Source: Octopus bimaculoides (taxonomy: Eukaryota). From it: a DNA stretch of 37,891 bases. The notes under the pieces were generated by a model. It had not been told where the DNA came from, did no database searches, and saw nothing but the letters and a program-made list of their open reading frames with translations. The stretch spans positions 63,620,641 through 63,658,531 of the forward strand of contig NC_068982.1 in the NCBI RefSeq assembly GCF_001194135.2, written 5' to 3'. Below are positions 10,421 through 22,456 of this stretch, piece by piece; the stretch's first letter is position 1, and the number at the start of each line of letters is the position of its first letter. A program made the translations under genes and the position numbers.

Positions 10421-12229
10421 TACATATCACATATATGTGCGCGCGTGCATGTGTGTGTGTTTGTGTGTGCGCGTGCGTGTGTATGCGCGTGCATGTGCGT
10501 GCGCACGTGTGTGTGTGTGTAAAACGGAACGTTTGTATGTTATGATATATCTGGTTCTTAAACGTGACTCAACAAGAATGGATTTGTCAAAACGAAAGGA
10601 AGAAACATTATAGAGTGTATGTAAAATATCGAACATTAAACAGAACGAAATTGCCCAGAGTATACATTTTTATTTTCCTTTTCAGAAACTATTTATCTCC
10701 GTTGGTGTGAGTATAAATTTAACAATGAAGAATTAGACTCTAGAGAAACCTTTCTTTTTTATTTTATTTCTGCAGCCTTCCAAAATTAGTAATTCTTTCT
10801 CAAAGCCTTGACTTTGTTTTTCTTTTTCTTTTCATTGAAATGAGCATTAAATTTCAATTTATTTTACCTAGTTTCATATCTTTAAAATGTTCCTTTATTA
10901 GTAGGGCAAACCTATATACAAAATGTACCTTAATCACTACTAGTGGAACTTCTATTGATATATTTTACCAAAGTTACATATATTTGAAGATAAGTAAGTT
11001 CTTAAAATACATAACGCCATCAGACTTGGAGGTAACTGAGAAAATTGATACATAATAATATTTATTGCCGGTATTGTGGTCTCACATGATATCGAGGCAA
11101 TGGTTACTTAGTCTGATAAGGATTAGTCTTGTCATGAGATTAATCGTGTCAACTAGATCCACACGATTACGAAACATCCATTTGGAGATACTGTGACGAT
11201 GACATTCGGAAGAGGTAGACCAAGTTCAGTCAAAGTCAGTAAGTTAGAAAAAGAAATGACGCGGCGAGTCAAGTAATGATGGCAGCCTAGAGTGGGAGAG
11301 AGAAGTAGTTTCTATACATATCATGTTTTTCACTATCAGTCTGATTCCTGGAGAAATGTAAAGAAACTTGGAATATTAGATATTAATGGTAGGCCTAACA
11401 ATAATGGTAATCTGATAATCTCACAAGGAGATTCTCTATTCGTTAAAGACATGTAAGTCTTAATGAGCAAATACATATTTGCAGCATTGCAGTACGCACA
11501 TTTGCACACACATGTGTATGCACAGACACATGCACATAAGTATGGAAGCATATACATATATGTGAACCTACGTACGTATACATAAACACGTACACACACA
11601 AAAATATAAGAATATGCAGATTCTAAACAGCGTCCGAGATAAAGTCTTATGGCATGTAGAAATACTTCTTAAACTTCCAAATGCTTCATCCAATGGGGAA
11701 TGAATAATGAAACTAGCGGAGAGGACGATGGGTAGATAAAAGAGGAAGGATGAATGAATTCCATTACTAAGACAATTTTTTCTATAATGTAAAAATGGCT
11801 TTGCCAATAGATCAACAATCTCTTATCGCTTTGACGTCTCTTCGACGACAATGATTCTAGAAATTTGATATGTTTTTGTCTACGTATGCCTTTATAATCT
11901 CGAATTGTTCTATTACATCGGAAATGTCTTGTAATGCAACCTTTTAGTAAAGAACGGATGTGTTAGCATGATCGTAGATATTTAAATGACAGCCCTGAAG
12001 GATCGCAGTAACTGGGTTTCTGGTTGCAATTTTAGTTAACTTTTAGCTAACTTCTACTGGAACTAGAAGTCTAAGATGTATTTACTGGACTTAACTCTAA
12101 GATCACTTATTTGTATAAAGCAACATCAATTCTAAGTATATTAAGAAGATTTGATTTTAGACTAATGTTATATTTTTTGTTTTCAAAGTGATTTCAATAT
12201 TCTGGGAGTTTAGTTTGTAATTCTGATTA

Positions 12230-15200
12230 ATCCACTACTGCAGTAGTAGACAGGCACAAGCGGAAGTACAAGGAAGGGCTGAGTCCTTGCATGTGCAACG
12301 TCCTGTACACTTTTTAAGCGCTTGGCATTGTTCTGTTATGGCCCTTAGTTTAATCTAGTGAATAGTGAATGTGCCACCGTCGTCATTTTCCCACCCCCAG
12401 GCGATAGGTGATGGCAGTGATGGCTTCGTCTGGAGAGCCTAGCCCTATATGTGTCTCGCCTGATATGTAGCTCGTCGGACGTGCTGGATAAGAACTCGCG
12501 TAGGTGGTATTGCATCATAGTGTCTGTTCTTTTCTGTAAACATGATTCTCCGGGCTTTATTTACAGACAACTCCGAACTGGATCCGTCATAAAGTAGAAC
12601 AACGAATCGTTCTCTTACTCGCATCTGATCTGTGATGTCCGCAAAATGTGCAAACAGCTGGCGAAATGTGTATTTGGCTTGAAGAAAAATGTCCCAGTTT
12701 TGAAATCAGAATTCTTTGCCTCTTCCTTTAAAGGCAGCCACTGCATGGTAAAATAATAAACCACAGATTTTCTTCCCAAGCTTACCGACTGTACTGTGGA
12801 CTGGTAACCATCTCCTGCTTTTATCCACTCAGTCCGCAACCCACAAGTGATCTAGACCATTTCTCTTCAAAGAAAAATGGAATGCTGCCACAGCTATGAC
12901 GACTATATCAATATCATTTGCAAGGATGGTTGCTCTAGTGATGTAGCTGTGCTTCACAGCATTCATGACATGGACAAATATCCTAGTGTCAGCTTCTTCA
13001 TGAGAACAGTCCATGAATGCCCTTTGGACAGGAGTGTGTTTGTGGTGTGGTATATTAGTACTCATCATATTCCCCAACAAGGCGATATATTTCTGGCCCT
13101 GACACTATCCGCCTTATCAAGGCAGACTCATTTTCCGTAATACCTACAGCTCTTCCATCTCCCTTGGCTAGAGCATTATTTTGCTCATGTGCTTGATCCA
13201 CACCGATGGCAGAGAACGGTCTTTCCGTCTTGTGGATCACAAACCTTCCTGCTGCAAAGTCTTCATTGACAGATGGATTGGCTTCAGGCAGCTTTAGCAT
13301 ACCCTTGATGTGCACAAACAGCTATCTTGCATAATGGGTGCTACCATTGGCTAAGTAATGGTATTAAGGCATTCAATGAGGCAAGGTACCCTGTGAAATT
13401 TCCCACCCTGGTGGACCTAAGAAACCCGAGGATGATTACTTCCAGTCTGAGCACCATGTTCCAGTACAAGAACTGAGGTTCCTGAGCTTCTCATTCGGCA
13501 CACCAACCATGAAAGCGCCTAGACTCATCACTTGCCTCATATGCCCTTTTCTTTAGCTGATAGAAGCTACAGCTGTACCTGATGTACTCTTCTTGTTTTT
13601 CTTGTACTAGCGGCAGACTAGAGAGACTCAGCTGTGCCAAAAGCTCTGCAATGCCAGCTTCTTCAATCTCTGTTGTCCACCCACTACTTTTGAGCAAGCT
13701 ACCAGCTACTCTTAAAGCAGCCATCTCAATGTGCAGTGAGCCTAGTTAGTATGACAAAAGTGCCATAGGTTTGTGGCCACTTTCATTAAATATGCTTGGT
13801 CAGTTCAAACAGTGGCTGATCTACAGCCAGAATTGGATTCAAACTTGGATTTAAGTGATGCTTGACTTCTTTGACCTTGTCCATGGCATGCTTTATAGTT
13901 GACACCTCGTTAGAATGGTCTCTTAGTAAGGACATAAGGGCAGACATGTTCATGTCAAACTGCAGATCTTACACTTGTTGACCATTGTGTGCTGATCATG
14001 TGACTTTAAAGGTATTGTCATAGACTTCTGCAAGCGATACTGACTGCAACCAGTCGTACTCAAGTTTTAGATTCGGCGCTGATGGTAGGATGGGAATGTC
14101 ACCCGAAGGAGATTTAGGGCACTTTTCCAGAAAAGCTGGTTTTACTTTCGTGTAGCTTTCTGGGAGCTCAGGAATCTTTATGATCTTTTTCTTTAGAGCC
14201 AGTTCTGCTTGAGGCTCTCCTCTCGTAATACTCTAGAACAGAGAAATACTTTTCTCATGGAATGATGCTCTTGCTGTTGTTGTTTTTACGTCATGGTTAA
14301 TGTTATCTACAGCCGCAAGTGTGAACACACTATGTCATTTTCAACATACTGACTAACGATAGCTTCACCCAGCTGGTTTGATATTTCAAGTACGCGATCA
14401 TATGAGACAGACAATCTGTGTTCAAACACTGTGTCCACTCGCTGTTTTTTCCGAGTCCTTGAATACAGAGACAGTCCCAAATAAACAGGTAAAAGTGGGT
14501 CTCTCTTCTTCTAGTATCTATAATTTGAAGCTCTGAGTTTTTTCATTGGAGCAACAGTTAAACTATAGCAATTGAGTTATTGCAAAATCAGCTTTTGCCA
14601 CACCACTTTCCATTTGTGCCTTGATACCTGATCCGTGGGCAAGACAGGTGATAAAATGCTGCTGCTCGGGAGGGACATTTGAGTTTAAGTACTGACTATC
14701 AACCTTCCCATCGAATGAGCTGGAGCATTGCGGCACCTCTTGCCTGAGTATATCAGCAGTTTTCGAAATAAGTATGGCTTCATCATAGTTTATCATGTCT
14801 GAAGATAGAACTGGTCCAATGTAATTTTGGAAAGCTATTATCACGTCTCTTCCACTCTTATATGCCTTTACCTCTGGAGCATGGAACAAGATCCTCTCCT
14901 TCAGCCTAGTAGCAGTCATGTTTTCTTCTGATACACCTAATTGAACAAGCTGTTCAAAGTACATTTTTGTTAGATCCGGCAGTCGGAATACAGTCACTTG
15001 ATCAGCACCGGCAGCATTCCTGGTTTCATGTAAGTCGTAAGTAAGCAAGTAGTTCAGAGAAAGCGAATGGATATCCACTGTTACTATCACTGTTTTCAAA
15101 CCTACTTTCTTCTGATTTTAAAGAACGAGCTTTGTTTCGCAGATATATGTAGCAATGTAGGTGATATTTTATCTCTTGGGCAACTGCATCAGGGCCACTA

Positions 15201-16138
15201 AGCTTGGCTTGCAGTTTGCTGTTAGTCAGCGCAAACTCCTTTAGTGATACATCAATCTGCATTGTTGATGCATGTCTCAAATTTTCCTGAATGTCCTCCT
15301 TTTCACAGATGAAGCAAATATTCTTTTTTGTGTAGGTGTTCTGCCTTTTGGTCCTTTCTTCGTTTCTGTTAAGACCTCTGTCGCACTTTTTTTTTCTTGC
15401 TCTTTCCACTTTTGTTTCTCTGAACATCAAGTAACAGCTGGGGTTGTACTTTCTCTTTAGTGTCTCCTCTATGCCAAGATTGCCTTTATCTAGCCTGGCC
15501 GGATTGGTGGGTATGGGAAGGTCACTAAATTCACATAGTACAGGAACATTTTTGTGTAGAGTCTTGTAGCCATTGCTGTTGTGGAGACGATGGTAATCAG
15601 CATGTTGAAGTTTCTCCGTAGTGGCTTCTTGGCATAGGCAACACTTTGTCCAGTCAGTGGGGATGTGTACACTTGCCATCTTCATACCTGCAAAATTGAA
15701 ACATATCAGATATGACAATGTGTTACAATGTCTAATAGTATTGTTCTAAAAATAAAATAAACAGCCTTGAAAGACTCTGAAACAACAGAATTTCAACATG
15801 GATATTTATGTTAATTTTAATTGTAATAACTTAATTTACAGAAATTCTTTATATAATAAATTGGTGTTCTTATTCTACGAATGTTGAGTATGTGTGCATT
15901 TGTATTTGATCGGATTTATGCCTTGTTATGCTTAGCCAGCTGTAGTTCGGTGTGGCAGACTCAGTGTGTGTGTGTGACCGTTGAAGAGAGTGATTGTGAT
16001 GGCCACCATTTTCGATTTTCACGTTGGCAATCATGCCTATCTCAAAGAGCATGTTTTAAATTAGAAGTGTGTCAAATTGAATGCGTGTATCGCATTCTGA
16101 AGGCTTCTTACAATATTTGAGGTTTATCCTGTTCACTA
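12230..16138 (-). mobile_element. Academ (AcademX-type) DNA transposon, degenerate: transposase + XPG/PIN-like nuclease + C-terminal Cys-rich finger
   Basis: N-terminus MKMASVHIPTDWTKCCLCQ..CFICEK..DAVAQEIKYHLHCY (15026-15685); AAVDNINHD..ASFHEKSISL (about 14250-14320); VDQPLF..LHIEMAAL..SSGW (about 13680-13830); FSAIGVDQAHEQNN (13055-13315); CSHEEADTRIFVHV..ANDIDIVVIA (12829-13080); PSPIAWGW..KCTGRCTCKDSALPCTSACAC (about 12250-12410). Termini uncertain. Confidence 0.8.
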
Positions 16139-17010
16139 AAAGTACGTGTAGTAGACAAAAGATTTCTAAATATTTATCAGTAATCTGAGAATAACGAAGT
16201 AAAACTCCAGCTATGTATGTTCTTAGATACAATGTTTTTGTTCATGAAACAAGCAACAGAAAACTTGATCCCATAATTAACTGCAAATAATCTCTTCTCA
16301 AAACTCAGAAAAAGCTATTCGAACGAAGAAAATGTAAAATATGGCTTCGCTTTCCTCAATAATAACTAAGCACCCGATACTCTCAACCTAGTGCATGACT
16401 TGCGATATAAAATAAAGCAGCAACCAGTACAGGCTCCTTCAAACTTCCAGGACATCTGAATGTGACCCAAGACTATGGATCTGTATCTATAGAGTTCTTC
16501 TCCAAATTGCAAGCATGGAAAAAATTTCTTACGAAAGACAAGCAAGCGCACATTCATATTAGGCCTCTATAACCACGCCATCACTGTTGTTCAAGAGGCT
16601 AAACATGTTCCATCCATCATTCTAACATCTAAAAACCCAAAACTTATCCATGCTACTGTTCATGACATTGATTTTACTATTTAACTTATTTATATAACGA
16701 TTGACTTATTAGAAACAAGGCCGCTCTCTTGAAACCCTGCATTTCAGCCATTGTATGCTGACAGTAGGCCCCAAAACGGCACGCATTCTCTCCTGATGAC
16801 CCCATTTACTTGCTGGTTTCCGGTATGCGGAGTTCTCGACTGGTAGCACTTGCATGTGCAAGATATTTGCAAAGAATCATAATATACAACAATTCATATA
16901 CTACCGCTGATATTGACTACTCTGTCTTCAATTTACCCATAGTCAAGTATATTTACTTATACACACACATACACACACAAATGCACACACACGCACACAC
17001 ATACGCACAT

Positions 17011-17064
<54 letters not shown>

Positions 17065-17195
17065 NNNNNNNNNNNNNNNNNNNNNNNNNNNNNNNNNNNN
17101 NNNNNNNNNNNNNNNNNNNNNNNNNNNNNNNNNNNNNNNNNNNNNNNNNNNNNNNNNNNNNNNNNNNNNNNNNNNNNNNNNNNNNNNNNNNNNNN
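17065..17195. other. Assembly gap flanked by (CA)n and (TA)n
   Basis: Run of N. Confidence 0.99.
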
Positions 17196-17232
<37 letters not shown>

Positions 17233-18074
17233 GAGTAAATGCGCTAAGCAGTGTTTACGTATAGTCACAATTTAGGTTAGTTGAAATATGTTTGTCACAT
17301 TATCGATGAATTTGGTAAAACTGTACAAAAACAATTCAAATGTTTTGATAATTACTCGTCTTTTTACATACATAGTGTGTAAACTGTAATATATGAATAT
17401 GTATACGTATATATATATATAATATATAAATACATACAAAAGTTGATGATGATGACAACGATGATGCCGTGAAGGATGTGAATGTTTATGGTGCCACCTG
17501 ATCCGTTCGACTTTCTGACGACATTCTAAACATTTCCATCTTCCAGTGTTATACTTTCGTTCCTGTCTTTAATGTTGTTGCTACACTTGTTGGTGTTCTC
17601 AAAGTTAAAATATACATATCTATTACTAAATTTCCAATAAAAAATTTTCGCAAACTGCTTTTTCCTATCAAGCAAAATTTGCAAGGTAGGTGACAGCTTT
17701 AATGTTAGCACTACTAAATCTGGTATTGCTCTCATGCAACGCTTTTCACTCTTCAAACGTTAAGCCTGCTGACATATTGAGTTTTATAAAATGTTTCTCA
17801 GCTGCTAGATGCATACGACAAGGGAAAATAACTGTAGCAAGAAAAATATATCTTGGCAAATTATTTTAAAACCCGCAGGAAAATACATAACTAAAACCTC
17901 AGGATCCAAAATATGTACAGCATACATAAAATAACACTGCTGCAAAAATATCACGCAGTGTTTTTGAAATACAATAGAAGACGTTGGTGGTAAAGAAAAA
18001 AATACATATCCAGAGCGCCTGCAGCGCGTAGCTTGCAATGAAAACAAGATGTATATGATTACAGTAGTAGGATT

Positions 18075-18270
18075 AGTTTCTGATTTAGGCTCAAGGCCAG
18101 TAGTTTGGCGAAGGAAAGGGGACTAGTAGGTATTATAGGCCCTAGTGCTTCACTGGCTCTTTATTTTTCCAACTCCGAAAGGATGGAAGAGAAAAATGAC
18201 TTCGACTTCGAAGAAAGGTAGCAGTTTTAAGGGAAAGAATAGGTCGACTACACTGACCTCAGTGCTGATA
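18075..18270 (-). mobile_element. Degraded octopus SINE remnants (two partial copies)
   Basis: TTAGGCTCAAGGCCAG..CCCTAGTGCTTCACTGG..CCGAAAGGATGGAAG and GGTCGACTACACTGACCTCAGTGCT resemble the reverse complement of the SINE family seen at 34935. Confidence 0.6.
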
Positions 18271-18272
18271 TA

Positions 18273-19994
18273 TCTATATATATAAAAGAGAGCGTGTGCG
18301 TGTGCGTGTGTGTATGTGTGTGCGCATGTGTATGTTCCTTATGCATTCCAAAACTGAGTTGCCGATTTTGACGTATGAGGTGTCAATAGATTCAGTAAAC
18401 TTTCGGTTCTCAACTGAATATATTTTTATTCACATATTTGCATTACAAAAATTTAACATTATAATTTTTCTTTTATTCACCTATCGTAAACGATACTTTA
18501 TACCACCACCACAACGACGATGACATCACATTTTCTATATGAGTGTGTTCGCGCGTTCGTTACGTACGTTAGGCCGATGACTGACAAGTATATGTTTGTG
18601 ACGACTGACACACACACACACATCTAAAGACAGAGACAGACACACACAGGGACAGAAATAGGCTTGAAGTGTGCGTTAATGTATGTTTGCGTGCGTGTCT
18701 TATATGTATGTGACTTTACCCCTTCTCCACCAATAGTGAAACGCGCCGATTTTGAAACAGTTTAGTTGCGGCCTGGACTTCAAACGAACAACAGCGTTCA
18801 CTTTGAAGTACTACCAACATGAAGATTTGGCTCATTTGACAGCACTCACAATACTCGCTAATATATCTGAAAAAAGGTATTCTGATTATTATAACAAATT
18901 TGAAACTTGGTGAAGTAGAAAGCTTCAGCGGCTTTTTCCATATAACTACAGAAATGTTATTCCATTACTTCTAACCAATTTGAAGATAATGCCTTTTTAA
19001 CAGTCCTTATCGTATACGTGATATGCTTTTTCATCACTGTGATTATCAACGCCACAAAACATTTTTACTGAATTAGTATTTATCCTACAGCCTATAACCT
19101 TACACAGTTAGAAAATATATAGTGATGCCAAATTAATTTATACCTCCTTCAGCAAATGTTTTAAATTAACGTTCATAACAGCAGCATATTCCTTTCTATG
19201 CACTTTGTTCATCGTTCGCTTCCAAATCTTTAAATAAATTATTTTTGTATGAAAAATTGAATTATGCCTTCTGAATTTTCTTGGGCTTTCGTTTTCTTCA
19301 ATCTTGAATTTTATAACATTTAGTACATGTTCCAAATAAATGTCGACTTTGTTACATTGGTGACGCATAGTAACAACCTTTGCTCAAGTGGTGACTTTCC
19401 AATTTTATAGCATAACTATGCTACACAAAGTATATTTTGCACCTATATTGACTACATTTCGTTTCGCTTGAACTTCGTGTGTGTACGTTTTGCTGTTTTC
19501 AATATCATCAATTCTATGAGTGTATATGTGTCTATGAGTGTGTGTTTCTGCGTTCGTTACGTCTATAGTAAACTATAGTAAAGAACATTTTACGCTGTTT
19601 TACTGAGCTCACATCATATATGAAGTAGCCATCTTTATATTGTTGGTGATCTCCATGAAAATCCTGATATTCTCATTCGTGTTCGGGACAACCTTAAACA
19701 TGTTTCAGAGACTCATCCCTCTCATGATGCTCTCCAGTATCCTCTTATTCTGTGAAATGGACAAGATGGGTATCATTTCAATACTCCACGGATTGAACCT
19801 GCAACAGGAGAGCCAATTACAAACAAAAAATTACAAACTTCTATTCTTACCAACTGATGTTAAAACCAGAACAATCAGATCAATTACACATGTCAAATAA
19901 ACTTTATTTCCATTTACATATTTTCTACGTTATCTCATCAGCCAGCTATAGTTATTTGAAATACACTTCTCTACAACGACCAGGTTTCATTAGT
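18273..19994 (+). mobile_element. Internally deleted Helitron with Rep-domain remnant
   Basis: 5' A|TCTATATATATAAAAG + GT-rich + ..AAAACTGAGTTGCCGATTTT is typical of Helitron 5' ends. 19622-19850 encodes EVAI/IVGDLHENPDILIRVRDNLKHVSETHPSHDALQYPLIL*NGQDGYH, the Rep motif EVA..IVG..RISETH.SYDALQYPL.F..G.DGYH. Candidate degenerate 3' end CAACGACCAGGTTTCATTAGT (TTAG for CTAG). Confidence 0.7.
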
Positions 19995-20356
19995 AAGCGA
20001 AAATAGTTTCACACTTTCAATTTGAACCAAAATTATAAAGTGTTGGGTTACGAGAGTGACGATATGTGAATAATGAAAGTAGTGTTTCTCTGAATTAGTC
20101 ACATCTCTATTATAATAAAGAAAGCTGCTTATTATCTATCTACCAAATAAACTATGTTTTTGGTACAACAGCTCTTTTTTTACAATTAAATAACCTCAGA
20201 AACTAGGACAATTTGCTTCTAATGTTTCAATGCGTAGAATTCTACTCAGACAAACATCTATGAAAATGTACACATAAATATTGTATTAAAATAAGCCACA
20301 GACATAACAATCGCATTAAAAGACATCCATTTCTCTATCTTCATAAGGAAATACAG

Positions 20357-20474
<118 letters not shown>

Positions 20475-21417
20475 GAACAAAAAAGGTGAATGCATATGTA
20501 TTTATGGGTGATGGTAAAGAATACGCACACTCGGTGTTTAGGGTTAGGGCTACGCCGAAAACAGGTAATGTGCATATTGTTCACCTCCGCCTATTTATGT
20601 GTATATGAAAGATAGTTATGTGTATATGAAAGATAATGTGTGTGTATGTCAGAGAGAGAGAGAGAGAGAGAGAGTGAGTACCACTTACACATACATGCAA
20701 AAAAAATTCATGCGTTATAACACACAACTTCACTCACCCACACTCTATCTCTTTCTCTCTCTAACACACACACACGTCCATTTCACATACACACACAACT
20801 ATCTTTCATTTTCTCCTCTCATTTACTTTCTCCTCTCACTGCAAAGCAAATGTGGCCTTTTCACTTTCTCCTCTCTTTCAATTTCTGCTCTCTTCAAGGC
20901 ATAAAGAAATTAACAAGTTTTTACAGAAATTAACGAACAATAATTTGATCCCATATATGTCGAGTTGACAACTTTGCTTCTTCAAATGAAAAAATGCCAT
21001 AAAATAACTTCCGTTGACACGCACATACCCACACGGACACTCACACTCATACACACACTCTAGGTAAAACATCTGTGCAAATTATGTTATTTCTTGCTGT
21101 GTGCACGCGCAAACATACAGCTCAAATCCAATTGAAATGATCTTTTTCTATTGTGCAATTTGTGTTTGTGATGAGCGTATTTAAAAACCTGATCTTCGAT
21201 ATAAACTTAGAAGGAAGTTTTCCCTGAAATCCCGTCCGCTACATCTTCTTTATAGAATGTCCGAGGTGACATTTGCGCTCTCCCACCTTATATTTTCCTA
21301 AATTTCTTCCGATTCCTACGTTTGCGATAGAGGAGATTAGAATTTCACCCACAAACATGTTCTCAATATCTTAATTTTCTCCCACTTCACACCAAATTCA
21401 TTTTTTTTTACTTTTTT

Positions 21418-22401
21418 NNNNNNNNNNNNNNNNNNNNNNNNNNNNNNNNNNNNNNNNNNNNNNNNNNNNNNNNNNNNNNNNNNNNNNNNNNNNNNNNNNN
21501 NNNNNNNNNNNNNNNNNNNNNNNNNNNNNNNNNNNNNNNNNNNNNNNNNNNNNNNNNNNNNNNNNNNNNNNNNNNNNNNNNNNNNNNNNNNNNNNNNNNN
21601 NNNNNNNNNNNNNNNNNNNNNNNNNNNNNNNNNNNNNNNNNNNNNNNNNNNNNNNNNNNNNNNNNNNNNNNNNNNNNNNNNNNNNNNNNNNNNNNNNNNN
21701 NNNNNNNNNNNNNNNNNNNNNNNNNNNNNNNNNNNNNNNNNNNNNNNNNNNNNNNNNNNNNNNNNNNNNNNNNNNNNNNNNNNNNNNNNNNNNNNNNNNN
21801 NNNNNNNNNNNNNNNNNNNNNNNNNNNNNNNNNNNNNNNNNNNNNNNNNNNNNNNNNNNNNNNNNNNNNNNNNNNNNNNNNNNNNNNNNNNNNNNNNNNN
21901 NNNNNNNNNNNNNNNNNNNNNNNNNNNNNNNNNNNNNNNNNNNNNNNNNNNNNNNNNNNNNNNNNNNNNNNNNNNNNNNNNNNNNNNNNNNNNNNNNNNN
22001 NNNNNNNNNNNNNNNNNNNNNNNNNNNNNNNNNNNNNNNNNNNNNNNNNNNNNNNNNNNNNNNNNNNNNNNNNNNNNNNNNNNNNNNNNNNNNNNNNNNN
22101 NNNNNNNNNNNNNNNNNNNNNNNNNNNNNNNNNNNNNNNNNNNNNNNNNNNNNNNNNNNNNNNNNNNNNNNNNNNNNNNNNNNNNNNNNNNNNNNNNNNN
22201 NNNNNNNNNNNNNNNNNNNNNNNNNNNNNNNNNNNNNNNNNNNNNNNNNNNNNNNNNNNNNNNNNNNNNNNNNNNNNNNNNNNNNNNNNNNNNNNNNNNN
22301 NNNNNNNNNNNNNNNNNNNNNNNNNNNNNNNNNNNNNNNNNNNNNNNNNNNNNNNNNNNNNNNNNNNNNNNNNNNNNNNNNNNNNNNNNNNNNNNNNNNN
22401 N
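21418..22401. other. Assembly gap (984 N)
   Basis: Run of N; ORF-track entries spanning it are artefacts. Confidence 0.99.
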
Positions 22402-22405
22402 TATA

Positions 22406-22456
<51 letters not shown>

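Noticed and set aside
12053-12103. TTTACTGGACTTA as an Academ terminus
   Set aside because: It reads as a right end but lies on the left of the element, does not match the candidate end at 16138, and is part of a small imperfect tandem repeat.
16200-16700. Degenerate coding-like stretch
   Set aside because: No motif recognised in any frame; left unassigned.
16790-16830. CTGATGA as a hammerhead core
   Set aside because: No downstream GAAA after a stem II and no stem I.
17526-18050. Possible DNA transposon remnant
   Set aside because: Multiple stops and no diagnostic motif or TIR.
19640-19900. 86-aa hydrophobic ORF
   Set aside because: The meaningful reading is a shifted frame encoding Helitron Rep motifs.
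19915-19945. Minus-strand CTGATGA..GAAA
   Set aside because: No credible stem II closing pair, and no stems I or III.
20537-20549. TTTAGGGTTAGGG telomere-like motif
   Set aside because: Only two units, compatible with chance.
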